From an uncultured Clostridia bacterium (lineage in GTDB: Bacteria; Bacillota; Clostridia; TANB77; CAG-508): a stretch of 64,000 nucleotides of DNA. Under the pieces are notes generated by a model, which was not told where the DNA came from, did not search any database, and was given only the letters and a program-made list of their open reading frames with translations. Positions 47,995-56,163 of this stretch are shown here, piece by piece; positions within the stretch are counted from its first letter, which is position 1, and every line of letters begins with the position of its first letter. Location: NCBI GenBank assembly GCA_944391965.1, contig CALXVH010000003.1:22551-86550 (forward strand), in the 5' to 3' direction. The position numbers were made by a program, and so were the translations under genes.

Positions 47995-48789
47995 TTATTT
48001 TCTTTTAAAAAATCTTTTTAAAGCTGCCAAGAATCCTTTTTCTCTTCCTGGTATTGTTACTTCTATATCCTCTCCTAGAATACGCTTAGCAGTTTCCATA
48101 TATGCTTTACCTGAAGGTGCTTTTCTGTTAGATATAACAGGTTCCCCTTTATTTGTTTGAGTAATTACATATTCGTCATCTGGTACTACTCCTAAAAGTT
48201 CTATTGATAATAAATCTACTATATCATCAACATCCATCATTTTACCTTTTCTAACCATTTCTGGTCTTAGTTTATTTATGATTAATTGTGGATTTTTTAT
48301 ATCAGATGATTCTAATAATCCTATTATTCTATCAGCATCTCTTATGGCTGAAATCTCTGGCATTGTTACAACTATTGCCTTATCTGCTCCTACAATTGCA
48401 TTTTTAAAACCTTGTTCTATTCCTGCAGGACAATCTATTAAAATATAGTCAAATTCTTCTTTTAACTGTTTTGTTAAATCTCTCATTTGTTCTTCTGTTA
48501 TTGCACTTTTATCTCTTGTTTGGGCAGCAGGTAATAGGAATAATTCTTGAAAACGCTTGTCCTTTATTAATGCTTGTCTTAATTTACATTTTTCTTCTAC
48601 AACATCAACGATATCGTATACAATTCTATTTTCTAACCCCATTACGACATCCAAGTTACGAAGACCTATATCTGTATCTACTAATACTACTTTTTTGCCT
48701 TCTAGCGCTAGGGCAGAACCTAAGTTAGCTGTTGTAGTTGTTTTTCCTACTCCTCCTTTACCAGATGTTATAACTATTACTTCTCCCAT
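47995..48789 (-). CDS. minD: septum site-determining ATPase MinD
   Basis: It has the deviant Walker A GKGGVGKTT and a C-terminal amphipathic helix. Confidence 0.95.
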   Translation of the reverse strand: MGEVIVITSGKGGVGKTTTTANLGSALALEGKKVVLVDTDIGLRNLDVVMGLENRIVYDIVDVVEEKCKLRQALIKDKRFQELFLLPAAQTRDKSAITEEQMRDLTKQLKEEFDYILIDCPAGIEQGFKNAIVGADKAIVVTMPEISAIRDADRIIGLLESSDIKNPQLIINKLRPEMVRKGKMMDVDDIVDLLSIELLGVVPDDEYVITQTNKGEPVISNRKAPSGKAYMETAKRILGEDIEVTIPGREKGFLAALKRFFKRK

Positions 48790-48938
48790 AAATCTTCCTC
48801 CTTAAGCTAGTGCTTTCATATCTCATTTATACATAAAATTTGACATTACTATAATATATGAAAAAGTATAAAAAGTCAATCTTAGAAAGCTTATTTGCGT
48901 AAGATTTATACGTTTTTTTAATCTATATTTTTAGACGG

Positions 48939-48970
48939 AAAAAGAGCAGGATACTATCCTGCTCCTTTTT
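48939..48970. terminator. terminator after island 6
   Basis: GAGCAGG / CCTGCTC stem with T-runs on both strands. Confidence 0.65.
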
Positions 48971-48977
48971 GTGAATT

Positions 48978-50624
48978 TTAGAAATATGGCGAATAAAAGT
49001 AGAAAAATATTTCTATATATTTCTCTTTTACTCCCATCTTTTGCTGTGCCTTGGAAAATTCTTCTTTGCTTATAAAACCATTATCTATAGCCTCTAGCAC
49101 CTTTAGAGATTTATCCAAATCAGCATTTTTTGTTGAAAGATTATTGAGAGAGAATTGCATCACTTCTCTTCTGACGCCTTCCTTATAAGTTTTCATCGAT
49201 GTTTCTGTTACTTCTTTTAATAATTCTGGAGAACTATGTTTTTCTTTTTGTGTAGATGCATGCCCTAGTAACACGCTCAGAGCTTCCATTTTATTTTTGG
49301 CTGTTTTAACTTTTGAGTCTAACTGCTTTATCTCATTAATTGTTAGCTCAAAAAAAGTTTCTTCAACAGCTTCTTTAAGTTTTTGCTCTTCTTTATCTGT
49401 AATAAATGGTGTTTCATCTTCCTTAATTTTTAATAAAAACAAGCTCTCTAAAAATTTCCAATCAGCTTTGTCTACACCCCTCTTTTCCATCTCATTAGCC
49501 ATAATTGGTCTTGTAAAATAAAACATTTGGAAAAAAAAGCTGATGACATTTAGTATATCTTCATTTGCGACCGGTTTTTTATACACATAATCTACATCAA
49601 AATCTTCTAGCACTTCCAATAAAATTTCTTTTATTTTCCGTGCCATTACAACAGCTTCATTCCTTACAATATTCTTCTCCTCTTTTGTTAGAGTGAAATA
49701 AATTGCAAGGAAATTTTCGTCATGCATAATAATTGCTTGAGCAAGATTAAAATATAAATTTTCATCCTGCAAAGACTTTCCATTGCATTCTGTTTTTATG
49801 TCTATGACATATTTCTCCATTTTTTGTATCATCGTGCTATTAAATAAGCCGCAATCATATAACAAATACTGCTTAGACATTGTTTTTTCCTTCCAGAAAG
49901 CAACTCTTTCTTTAGGCAGTTTCACCATAATATTCTCAAACAGCATTTCTCTAAAAATACTATTTTCCAAAATTGCCCAAAGTAAAGATGCACTCTCCCA
50001 GCCTTTATCCAGTATATCCAAAATTATTACAATATAATAAGTTATGCGATTTGCCAATTGTTCCGCATATCTGCCAGATATATTTCTTATTTTGCTTAAA
50101 ATTTGATCAGGCAATATTATTCCTGACAAATCTGTTTCTGTTGTAATTTCAAAAGCATCCACCCCATATAGGTCAACCATATGAATTCTGGGCAGATATT
50201 CTTCTGCTTTTACTTCTATTAACACGTTTTCAAGAAAGTCTTTATTCTCAAAAGCTTCCAGAATCGTGTCTATAGTATGCTTTTTTGCAATTTTTTTGTA
50301 TGCATCTTTTAGCTGAATTGTTTTTCCCAAAGTTGCTAACGCAATTTGGGTTAACAAGTCATACTCCTCGCATATTTGTTTTTGGGTTTCGTTCATTTCA
50401 TTGTAGAATATCTGTTGAACTCTGTCCCAAAGCATCATAGCAGTATTTTTTCTTTCCGGATCCTCGTGATCTACACGATAAAACCGGTTTAAATTCATTG
50501 CCGAAAATTTTAGCGAACTTAATTCCTCCTCTCTAAAGTCTTTCGCCACAAGTTTCTTTAAATTTCCAAAGTACAAATCAAACTCTTTTAATTCCTTTGG
50601 TCTTAGTTTTTTTCGAATAATCAT
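48978..50624 (-). CDS. hypothetical 548-aa helical protein (island 6)
   Basis: Long ORF with RBS GGAGG, GC-richer than its neighbours. I recognise no motif. Confidence 0.65.
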   Translation of the reverse strand: MIIRKKLRPKELKEFDLYFGNLKKLVAKDFREEELSSLKFSAMNLNRFYRVDHEDPERKNTAMMLWDRVQQIFYNEMNETQKQICEEYDLLTQIALATLGKTIQLKDAYKKIAKKHTIDTILEAFENKDFLENVLIEVKAEEYLPRIHMVDLYGVDAFEITTETDLSGIILPDQILSKIRNISGRYAEQLANRITYYIVIILDILDKGWESASLLWAILENSIFREMLFENIMVKLPKERVAFWKEKTMSKQYLLYDCGLFNSTMIQKMEKYVIDIKTECNGKSLQDENLYFNLAQAIIMHDENFLAIYFTLTKEEKNIVRNEAVVMARKIKEILLEVLEDFDVDYVYKKPVANEDILNVISFFFQMFYFTRPIMANEMEKRGVDKADWKFLESLFLLKIKEDETPFITDKEEQKLKEAVEETFFELTINEIKQLDSKVKTAKNKMEALSVLLGHASTQKEKHSSPELLKEVTETSMKTYKEGVRREVMQFSLNNLSTKNADLDKSLKVLEAIDNGFISKEEFSKAQQKMGVKEKYIEIFFYFYSPYF

Positions 50625-50746
50625 TCAAAAATTCCTCCTTCATACTTATTTCAACTTGCTTTTAGCTCTTATAGTATATCACTTTTTGTGAATTATGTCT
50701 ACTTGAGTTTTTTTATTTTTATGACCATTTATTCTAACAAATTGCC

Positions 50747-50775
50747 TTGACACTTACGGCTTTTAAGAATATACT
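50747..50775 (+). promoter_or_regulatory. promoter of the oxidoreductase operon
   Basis: TTGACA, a 17-nt spacer, then TATACT. Confidence 0.55.
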
Positions 50776-50826
50776 TTAAGTGTATATTTATACGTAAATT
50801 TACTAAAAGGAGGTAATTTCGAACCA

Positions 50827-51408
50827 ATGAACGATTTAATTGAAATTAGATGGCATGGTAGAGGTGGTCAAGGTGCCAAAACAGCTTCTTTATTATTAGC
50901 TGATGCAGCATTTAACACAGGAAAATATATACAAGGATTTCCTGAATACGGAGCTGAAAGAATGGGCGCACCAATCACAGCTTATAACAGAATTAGTACA
51001 ACACCTATTAGAATACATTGTAATATTTACAATCCAGATTATGTAGTAGTTGTTGATGACACTTTATTAAATTCTGTAGATGTTACTGCAGGTTTAAAAG
51101 AATCTGGAGCAATTATTATTAATACTACAAAAGATGGTGAAACACTAAAAAGATTATTAAAAGGATATAAAGGACACATATATACAATAGATGCGAGAAC
51201 TGTTTCTATCGAAGCTTTAGGAAAATATTTTCCAAATACTCCTATGCTTGCTGCAGTTGTTAAAGTAACAGGAATTATTCCTGAAAAAGAATTCTTACAA
51301 GATATGGAAGGTTCTTTTAAACACAAATTTGCAAAGAAACCAGAAGTTATAGGTGGAAATATGAAAGCATTAGAAATAGCATTACAAAAAGTTGTAGAAG
51401 TACAATGA
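50827..51408 (+). CDS. porC: 2-oxoacid:ferredoxin oxidoreductase gamma subunit (pyruvate-type likely; specificity not determinable)
   Basis: It has RWHGRGGQGAKTA and the gamma-subunit size. It is the first gene of a gamma-delta-alpha-beta operon. Confidence 0.8.
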   Translation: MNDLIEIRWHGRGGQGAKTASLLLADAAFNTGKYIQGFPEYGAERMGAPITAYNRISTTPIRIHCNIYNPDYVVVVDDTLLNSVDVTAGLKESGAIIINTTKDGETLKRLLKGYKGHIYTIDARTVSIEALGKYFPNTPMLAAVVKVTGIIPEKEFLQDMEGSFKHKFAKKPEVIGGNMKALEIALQKVVEVQ

Positions 51409-51420
51409 TAAAGATTCGAA

Positions 51421-51449
51421 GGGATTCGGGGACGTTCCTTTTTTCCCTA
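51421..51449 (+). repeat. REP-like element, locus R9, inside the operon between the gamma and delta genes
   Basis: GGGATTCGGGGACGTTCCTTTTTTCCCTA. Confidence 0.85.
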
Positions 51450-51516
51450 TATTAAAATTTTTAATATATTATAAAGAATATTCCTAAAACTTAATTTTTT
51501 AGAAAGGAGTTTAAAA

Positions 51517-51822
51517 ATGGATAAAACAAATATAAATAACTCAACTCCAATGGAAGATATGACAATTGGAGGAACAATATATAATGCTGGAAATTCTCGT
51601 GAAGTAAAAACAGGAGATTGGAGAAGCATGAAACCTATATTTGATAGTGAAAAATGTAAACAATGTGGATTATGTTTCCCTGTTTGTCCAGAAAACGCAA
51701 TTCCAGTTGGAAAAGATATAAAAAGAACAGATTTTAATTATGATTATTGTAAAGGATGTGGCGTTTGTGCCAAAGTTTGTCCTTTCAAAGCAATCTCAAT
51801 GGTAGAGGAGGGAATTGAATAA
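51517..51822 (+). CDS. porD: 2-oxoacid:ferredoxin oxidoreductase delta subunit (2x[4Fe-4S])
   Basis: It has CKQCGLCFPVCP and CKGCGVCAKVCP. Confidence 0.85.
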   Translation: MDKTNINNSTPMEDMTIGGTIYNAGNSREVKTGDWRSMKPIFDSEKCKQCGLCFPVCPENAIPVGKDIKRTDFNYDYCKGCGVCAKVCPFKAISMVEEGIE

Positions 51823-53018
51823 TGAGTATAAGAGAACGTTTAAGTGGTAATGAAGCTGCAGCTACAGCTATGAAGCAAATAAATCCAGATGTTGTTGCTG
51901 CCTTCCCTATTACACCATCAACAGAAATACCACAATATTTTTCTACTTTTGTTAGCAATGGTGCTGTTGATACAGAATTCGTTGCAGTAGAAAGTGAGCA
52001 TAGTGCAATGAGTGCTTGTGTTGGTGCAGAAGCTGCAGGTGCTAGGGCTATGACAGCTACATCTTCAAACGGATTATCTTTCATGTGGGAAATGATATAT
52101 ATAGCTTCATCATTACGTTTACCTATAGTAATGTCTCTTGTTAATAGAGCAGTATCTGGACCATTAAATATCCACAATGATCACTCTGATGCAATGGGTG
52201 TTCGTGATGCTGGATGGATAATGTTATTTTCAGAAAGTAATCAAGAAGCATATGATAACTTATTAATGGCTCATAGAATTGCAGAACACAAAGATGTTTT
52301 ATTACCATTAATGGTATGCCAAGATGGATTTATTACTTCACATTCTATAGAAACAATAGATTTAGTAGAAGATGATAAGGTAAAAGAATTTGTTGGTACA
52401 TATAAACCTGAACATTACTTGTTAAATAGTAAAGAACCTATTTCTATTGGACCTTTAGATTTACAAGGATATTTATTCGAACACAAAGCTCAACAAGCAC
52501 AAGCTATGAAAAATGCTAAAAAAGTTATTTTAGAAGTAGCAGAAGAATTTGAAAAATTAACAGGTAGAAAATATGGTTTATTCGAAGAATACAAATTAGA
52601 AGATGCAGATGTTGCTATTGTTTGTATGAACTCTACAGCAGGTACTGCAAAATTCGTAGTAGATGATTTACGTAGTAAAGGTGTTAAAGCTGGACTATTA
52701 AAGGTTCGTGTATTTAGACCATTCCCTGCAGAAGAAATCGCTAAAGCTTTAGCAAATGTAAAAGCAGTTGCAGTATTAGACAAAGCAGATTCTTTAAATG
52801 CTGCTGGTGGTGCATTATTTACAGATGTTACATCTGGTATGTTTGTAAATGATATTCATGTACCTACAGTAAGTTATATTTATGGAATTGGTGGTAGAGA
52901 TACAAAATCTGATGACATCGAAAAAGTTTATAATGATTTATTAGAAATCGTAGAAACAGGAAAAATAAATAATCCTTATAGACATTTAGGATTAAGAACG
53001 AAAGGAGCTGAAAAATAA
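51822..53018 (+). CDS. porA: 2-oxoacid:ferredoxin oxidoreductase alpha subunit
   Basis: 398 aa with a family-typical N-terminus (GNEAAA...AFPITPSTEI). Confidence 0.88.
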   Translation: MSIRERLSGNEAAATAMKQINPDVVAAFPITPSTEIPQYFSTFVSNGAVDTEFVAVESEHSAMSACVGAEAAGARAMTATSSNGLSFMWEMIYIASSLRLPIVMSLVNRAVSGPLNIHNDHSDAMGVRDAGWIMLFSESNQEAYDNLLMAHRIAEHKDVLLPLMVCQDGFITSHSIETIDLVEDDKVKEFVGTYKPEHYLLNSKEPISIGPLDLQGYLFEHKAQQAQAMKNAKKVILEVAEEFEKLTGRKYGLFEEYKLEDADVAIVCMNSTAGTAKFVVDDLRSKGVKAGLLKVRVFRPFPAEEIAKALANVKAVAVLDKADSLNAAGGALFTDVTSGMFVNDIHVPTVSYIYGIGGRDTKSDDIEKVYNDLLEIVETGKINNPYRHLGLRTKGAEK

Positions 53019-53971
53019 TGCCATATAATTTAAAAGAAGTAATCGCTACAAAACCTTCAAGATTTTCAGAAGGACATAAAATGTGTGCAGGTTGTGGAGC
53101 TCCACCAGTTGCTAGAATGGTTTTACGTGCATTAAAACCAGAAGATCATGCTGTAATTGCTACAGCTACTGGATGTATGGAAGTTTCTACATTTACATAC
53201 CCATATACATCTTGGACAGATTCATTTATTCATACAGCTTTCGAAAATGCTGGTAGTACATTATCTGGTGTTGAAGCTGCATACAAATCTTTAAAGAAAC
53301 AAGGAAAATTGCAAGAAGATACACATACAAAATTCATCGCATTTGGTGGAGATGGTGGAACTTATGATATAGGTTTACAATCACTTTCAGGTGCTATGGA
53401 AAGAGGACATGATATGGTTTATGTATGTTATGATAATGGTGCATATATGAACACAGGTATTCAACGTTCTTCTGCAACACCAAAATTTGCAGATACAACT
53501 ACATCACCTGCTGGAACAGTTATTCCAGGTAAAGCACAAGAAAGAAAAGACCTAACAGAAATAATGGTATCACATCATTTACCATATGTTGCACAAACTC
53601 TTGCTATGACTAATTTTAAAGATTTATATGAAAAAGCAGAAAAAGCAATATATACAGAAGGACCAACATTCTTAAATGTAATGGCTCCTTGCCCAAGAGG
53701 ATGGGGATATGCGACAGAAGACTTAATGCAAATTAACAAATTAGCTGCAGATACATGTTATTGGCCATTATATGAAGTTGTAGATGGTAAATATAAAATA
53801 ACATATAAACCAGCAAAAAAACTTCCAGTAGAAGAATTCTTAAAACCACAAAAACGTTTTAGACATATGTTTAAACCAGGAAATGAATGGATGATAGAAG
53901 AATTCCAAAGAATAGTTGATAAAAGATGGAATGAATTATTACAATTAGAAGAAATGACTAATAAAGACTAA
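53018..53971 (+). CDS. porB: 2-oxoacid:ferredoxin oxidoreductase beta subunit (TPP-binding)
   Basis: It has CAGCG and GGDGGTYDIG. Confidence 0.88.
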   Translation: MPYNLKEVIATKPSRFSEGHKMCAGCGAPPVARMVLRALKPEDHAVIATATGCMEVSTFTYPYTSWTDSFIHTAFENAGSTLSGVEAAYKSLKKQGKLQEDTHTKFIAFGGDGGTYDIGLQSLSGAMERGHDMVYVCYDNGAYMNTGIQRSSATPKFADTTTSPAGTVIPGKAQERKDLTEIMVSHHLPYVAQTLAMTNFKDLYEKAEKAIYTEGPTFLNVMAPCPRGWGYATEDLMQINKLAADTCYWPLYEVVDGKYKITYKPAKKLPVEEFLKPQKRFRHMFKPGNEWMIEEFQRIVDKRWNELLQLEEMTNKD

Positions 53972-53980
53972 AATAGTGAA

Positions 53981-54013
53981 AGAGGGATTTGGGGACGTTC
54001 CTTTTTTCCCTCT
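53981..54013 (+). repeat. REP-like element, T-tract variant, locus R10, 3' of porB
   Basis: AGAGGGATTTGGGGACGTTCCTTTTTTCCCTCT followed by TTTTC. Confidence 0.9.
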
Positions 54014-54074
54014 TTTTCAATATACTTAAGTTACAAATCTATGATGATTTTATTCTTTTATAACTTAAATTTTT

Positions 54075-54108
54075 AAGAGTTAAGATTTTCTTTATCTTAA
54101 CTCTTTTT
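54075..54108. terminator. 12-bp hairpin terminator
   Basis: AAGAGTTAAGAT / ATCTTAACTCTT followed by a T-run. It overlaps the stop codon of the wHTH gene. Confidence 0.7.
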
Positions 54109-54420
54109 ATTTATATTATTATCTATAATTTCAAACCCTAATCTTGTTATTTTATAAACTGTAACTGTTTTTCCTGTGTATTTACATGTTTTTTTCGCAG
54201 TTGCTTCTACAAGGCCCATTTTTTCCAATTCTGTTAATCTTGGGGCTGTTGTATTACGTTCGTCAGTATTGGTTATTTTTTGCTCATATAGTTCAACAGC
54301 AATTTCTTTAGCAGTTTTATTTCCTAAGCACAAACTTTCTAATATTGGTTCATATCTTACTTTCCTATTTGGCTTAATTTCTTCGAAACTTTTTCTTCTT
54401 GTTAGCCAAGTTATTTTCAT
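54097..54420 (-). CDS. winged-helix DNA-binding protein
   Basis: Trimmed to MKITWLTRRK because the longer ORF (to 54471) reads through REP R11. The wHTH segment is AKEIAVELYE...TAPRLTELEKMGLV. Confidence 0.6.
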   Translation of the reverse strand: MKITWLTRRKSFEEIKPNRKVRYEPILESLCLGNKTAKEIAVELYEQKITNTDERNTTAPRLTELEKMGLVEATAKKTCKYTGKTVTVYKITRLGFEIIDNNINKKS

Positions 54421-54434
54421 TTGTATATCTCCTT

Positions 54435-54464
54435 TAGGGATTTGGGGACGTTCTTTTAATCCCA
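54435..54464 (+). repeat. REP-like element, locus R11, 3' flank of the Y1 transposase gene
   Basis: TAGGGATTTGGGGACGTTCTTTTAATCCCA. Confidence 0.9.
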
Positions 54465-54480
54465 CTTTCACTATTATTTT

Positions 54481-55266
54481 TTATAAATTCTTATTTTTTA
54501 GTTTTTTCTTTATTAACGAAATTCTATTTTTACCTATTCCTAATATAGCACAAATATTTTTATTACTTATTTTATATTTTACATTTAAATAATTTTTAAA
54601 TTCTATTATTAAGCTATTAGATTTTCTAATTTCAGTTATAGATGTATTATACTTATTACAAAATTCCTTAATAATTATTTCTACACTTTGTCTTTCAATT
54701 TTTTCCAATCTTTCATCTTCATCAATAAAATGATATTCTATTCTTTCATCTATATCATTAGGTGCATATTTAAAATTTTTTCCAAAAATCGAACATAAAA
54801 TATCATTACTCCTTTCTGCCTCTATAAAATCTTTACATGAAGAATATTGATAAAAATGACCTCTTTCTATTATTCCAGCTTTCACTGGGTTTTCATGAAT
54901 ATATTTTATACAAGAAAGCAAATGAATGCCATTTTCTATTATTTCAGAATGATATCTATTGAAAAAAACATATCCAGATCTCTCTTCTTGTAAGTTATAA
55001 AATATAGCATATGCTGTATTTATTTTTCGCATAAGTGTTTCAGCTTTATTTATTTCTTCGATATGTATCAATAAATGTACATGATTATCCATAACGCAAT
55101 ATGCTATTAAATCTATCCCCTCTAACTCTTTAATACATTTATTCAATAAAAAAATATACTTTTCTTTGTATTCTTTTTTATAAAAAATAAATTCACTCTT
55201 TATACCTTTTGCAACAATATGTACAAATTTAGATACTATATTTTTTCTGGCAATTCTAGACATCAA
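54481..55266 (-). CDS. Y1 (HUH) transposase-like protein, REP-associated (RAYT-like)
   Basis: The HUH motif lies in CVMDNHVHLLIH and the Tyr helix in CIKYIHENPVKAG. The C-terminal extension has an HTH-like segment ICAILGIGKNRISLIKK. Confidence 0.8.
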   Translation of the reverse strand: MMSRIARKNIVSKFVHIVAKGIKSEFIFYKKEYKEKYIFLLNKCIKELEGIDLIAYCVMDNHVHLLIHIEEINKAETLMRKINTAYAIFYNLQEERSGYVFFNRYHSEIIENGIHLLSCIKYIHENPVKAGIIERGHFYQYSSCKDFIEAERSNDILCSIFGKNFKYAPNDIDERIEYHFIDEDERLEKIERQSVEIIIKEFCNKYNTSITEIRKSNSLIIEFKNYLNVKYKISNKNICAILGIGKNRISLIKKKLKNKNL

Positions 55267-55425
55267 CCCTCCTTTTATTTTACTAATTTGGATATAATTT
55301 TGGAATTAATAATAAATTAGATAATAATAAAAAAAATTAATTTTTAATTATAGGAAAAAAATGATTATAAAAATTTTAAAGATATAAAAATACTTAATTA
55401 TAATAGAACGTTCTTTAAAATAATT

Positions 55426-55456
55426 TAGGGATTTAAAGAACGTCCCCAAATCCCTA
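55426..55456 (-). repeat. REP-like element, locus R12, 5' flank of the Y1 transposase gene
   Basis: TAGGGATTTAAAGAACGTCCCCAAATCCCTA. The adjacent partial inverted copy GAACGTTCTTTAAA at 55406-55419 can pair with 55432-55445. Confidence 0.9.
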
Positions 55457-55659
55457 CCTAATATGTATACTATATTTCTTATTCTTCCTCTGGCGCTTCA
55501 ACTGGACAACAGTATTTTACGAACATATTAGTAATATTTTTGTAATATTGTAAAGTAGATCCTTTGGAAACATTGATATAACTGCATTTTAAACATATTC
55601 TTACGACAATCGATTCTAAGCCATTTTTATATATTAGTAATGTAATTATATACCTAAAA

Positions 55660-55833
55660 TCACATACTTTTTGCTAATTTTCGAATTTTTCTAAATCTTT
55701 TTGTTTGACTTATGTATTTTAGACTTTCAAAATTTAAAATTAAATAATTTCTTACTAATTCTTGATATTCTTTTTTATTTTTTACATTTAGATTTTTTAT
55801 CATTTGTAGAGATTTAATATACATTTCTTTCAT
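55660..55833 (-). CDS. hypothetical 57-aa basic protein
   Basis: Below the ORF-track cutoff. ATG 55833 follows GGAGATGA, and the product is MKEMYIKSLQMIKNLNVKNKKEYQELVRNY... Confidence 0.3.
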   Translation of the reverse strand: MKEMYIKSLQMIKNLNVKNKKEYQELVRNYLILNFESLKYISQTKRFRKIRKLAKSM

Positions 55834-55989
55834 ACTATCATCTCCTTATTGATAGTATAACATTTTATGTTTACCTCTGTCTCGCGAAATTTGTCGAATG
55901 AATAAAAAAATTGACTTGAAGTTCTTAAAGAATTTTATATAATAATATTATTAGAAAATAAATATAAAAATTGAAAGGAGTAATGAAAA

Positions 55990-56151
55990 ATGATATATAA
56001 GGTAATTTTTATTCCTAAAGACGAAATAATATGTACTTTTGATTCTTCAAATTATACAAAAGAAGAAGTTAAAAAAAAATTAGATTCTCTTTATAAATTA
56101 TATCCTGCAAGTAAAAGTTACTGTATTTTATCAGAAAAGAAACTAGATTAA
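55990..56151 (+). CDS. hypothetical 53-aa protein
   Basis: ATG 55990 is 9 nt after GAAAGGAG. The stop lies in the loop of the hairpin at 56138-56163. Confidence 0.35.
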   Translation: MIYKVIFIPKDEIICTFDSSNYTKEEVKKKLDSLYKLYPASKSYCILSEKKLD

Positions 56152-56163
56152 ATTCTAGTTTCT
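56138..56163. terminator. hairpin between the convergent small ORF and the endolysin gene
   Basis: AGAAACTAGA / TCTAGTTTCT stem. Confidence 0.55.

Larger units (their letters stand above)
54435..55456 (-). mobile_element. REP / RAYT-like unit: Y1 transposase gene bracketed by inverted REP copies
   Basis: R11 and R12 are in opposite orientations. Both carry the variant GACGTTCTTT, which is not seen in the dispersed copies. Confidence 0.7.

Noticed and set aside
54421-54471. N-terminal extension of the wHTH ORF (MKVGLKERPQIPKGDIQ...)
   Set aside because: The extension is simply the translation of REP copy R11. An internal ATG at 54420 gives a sensible start.
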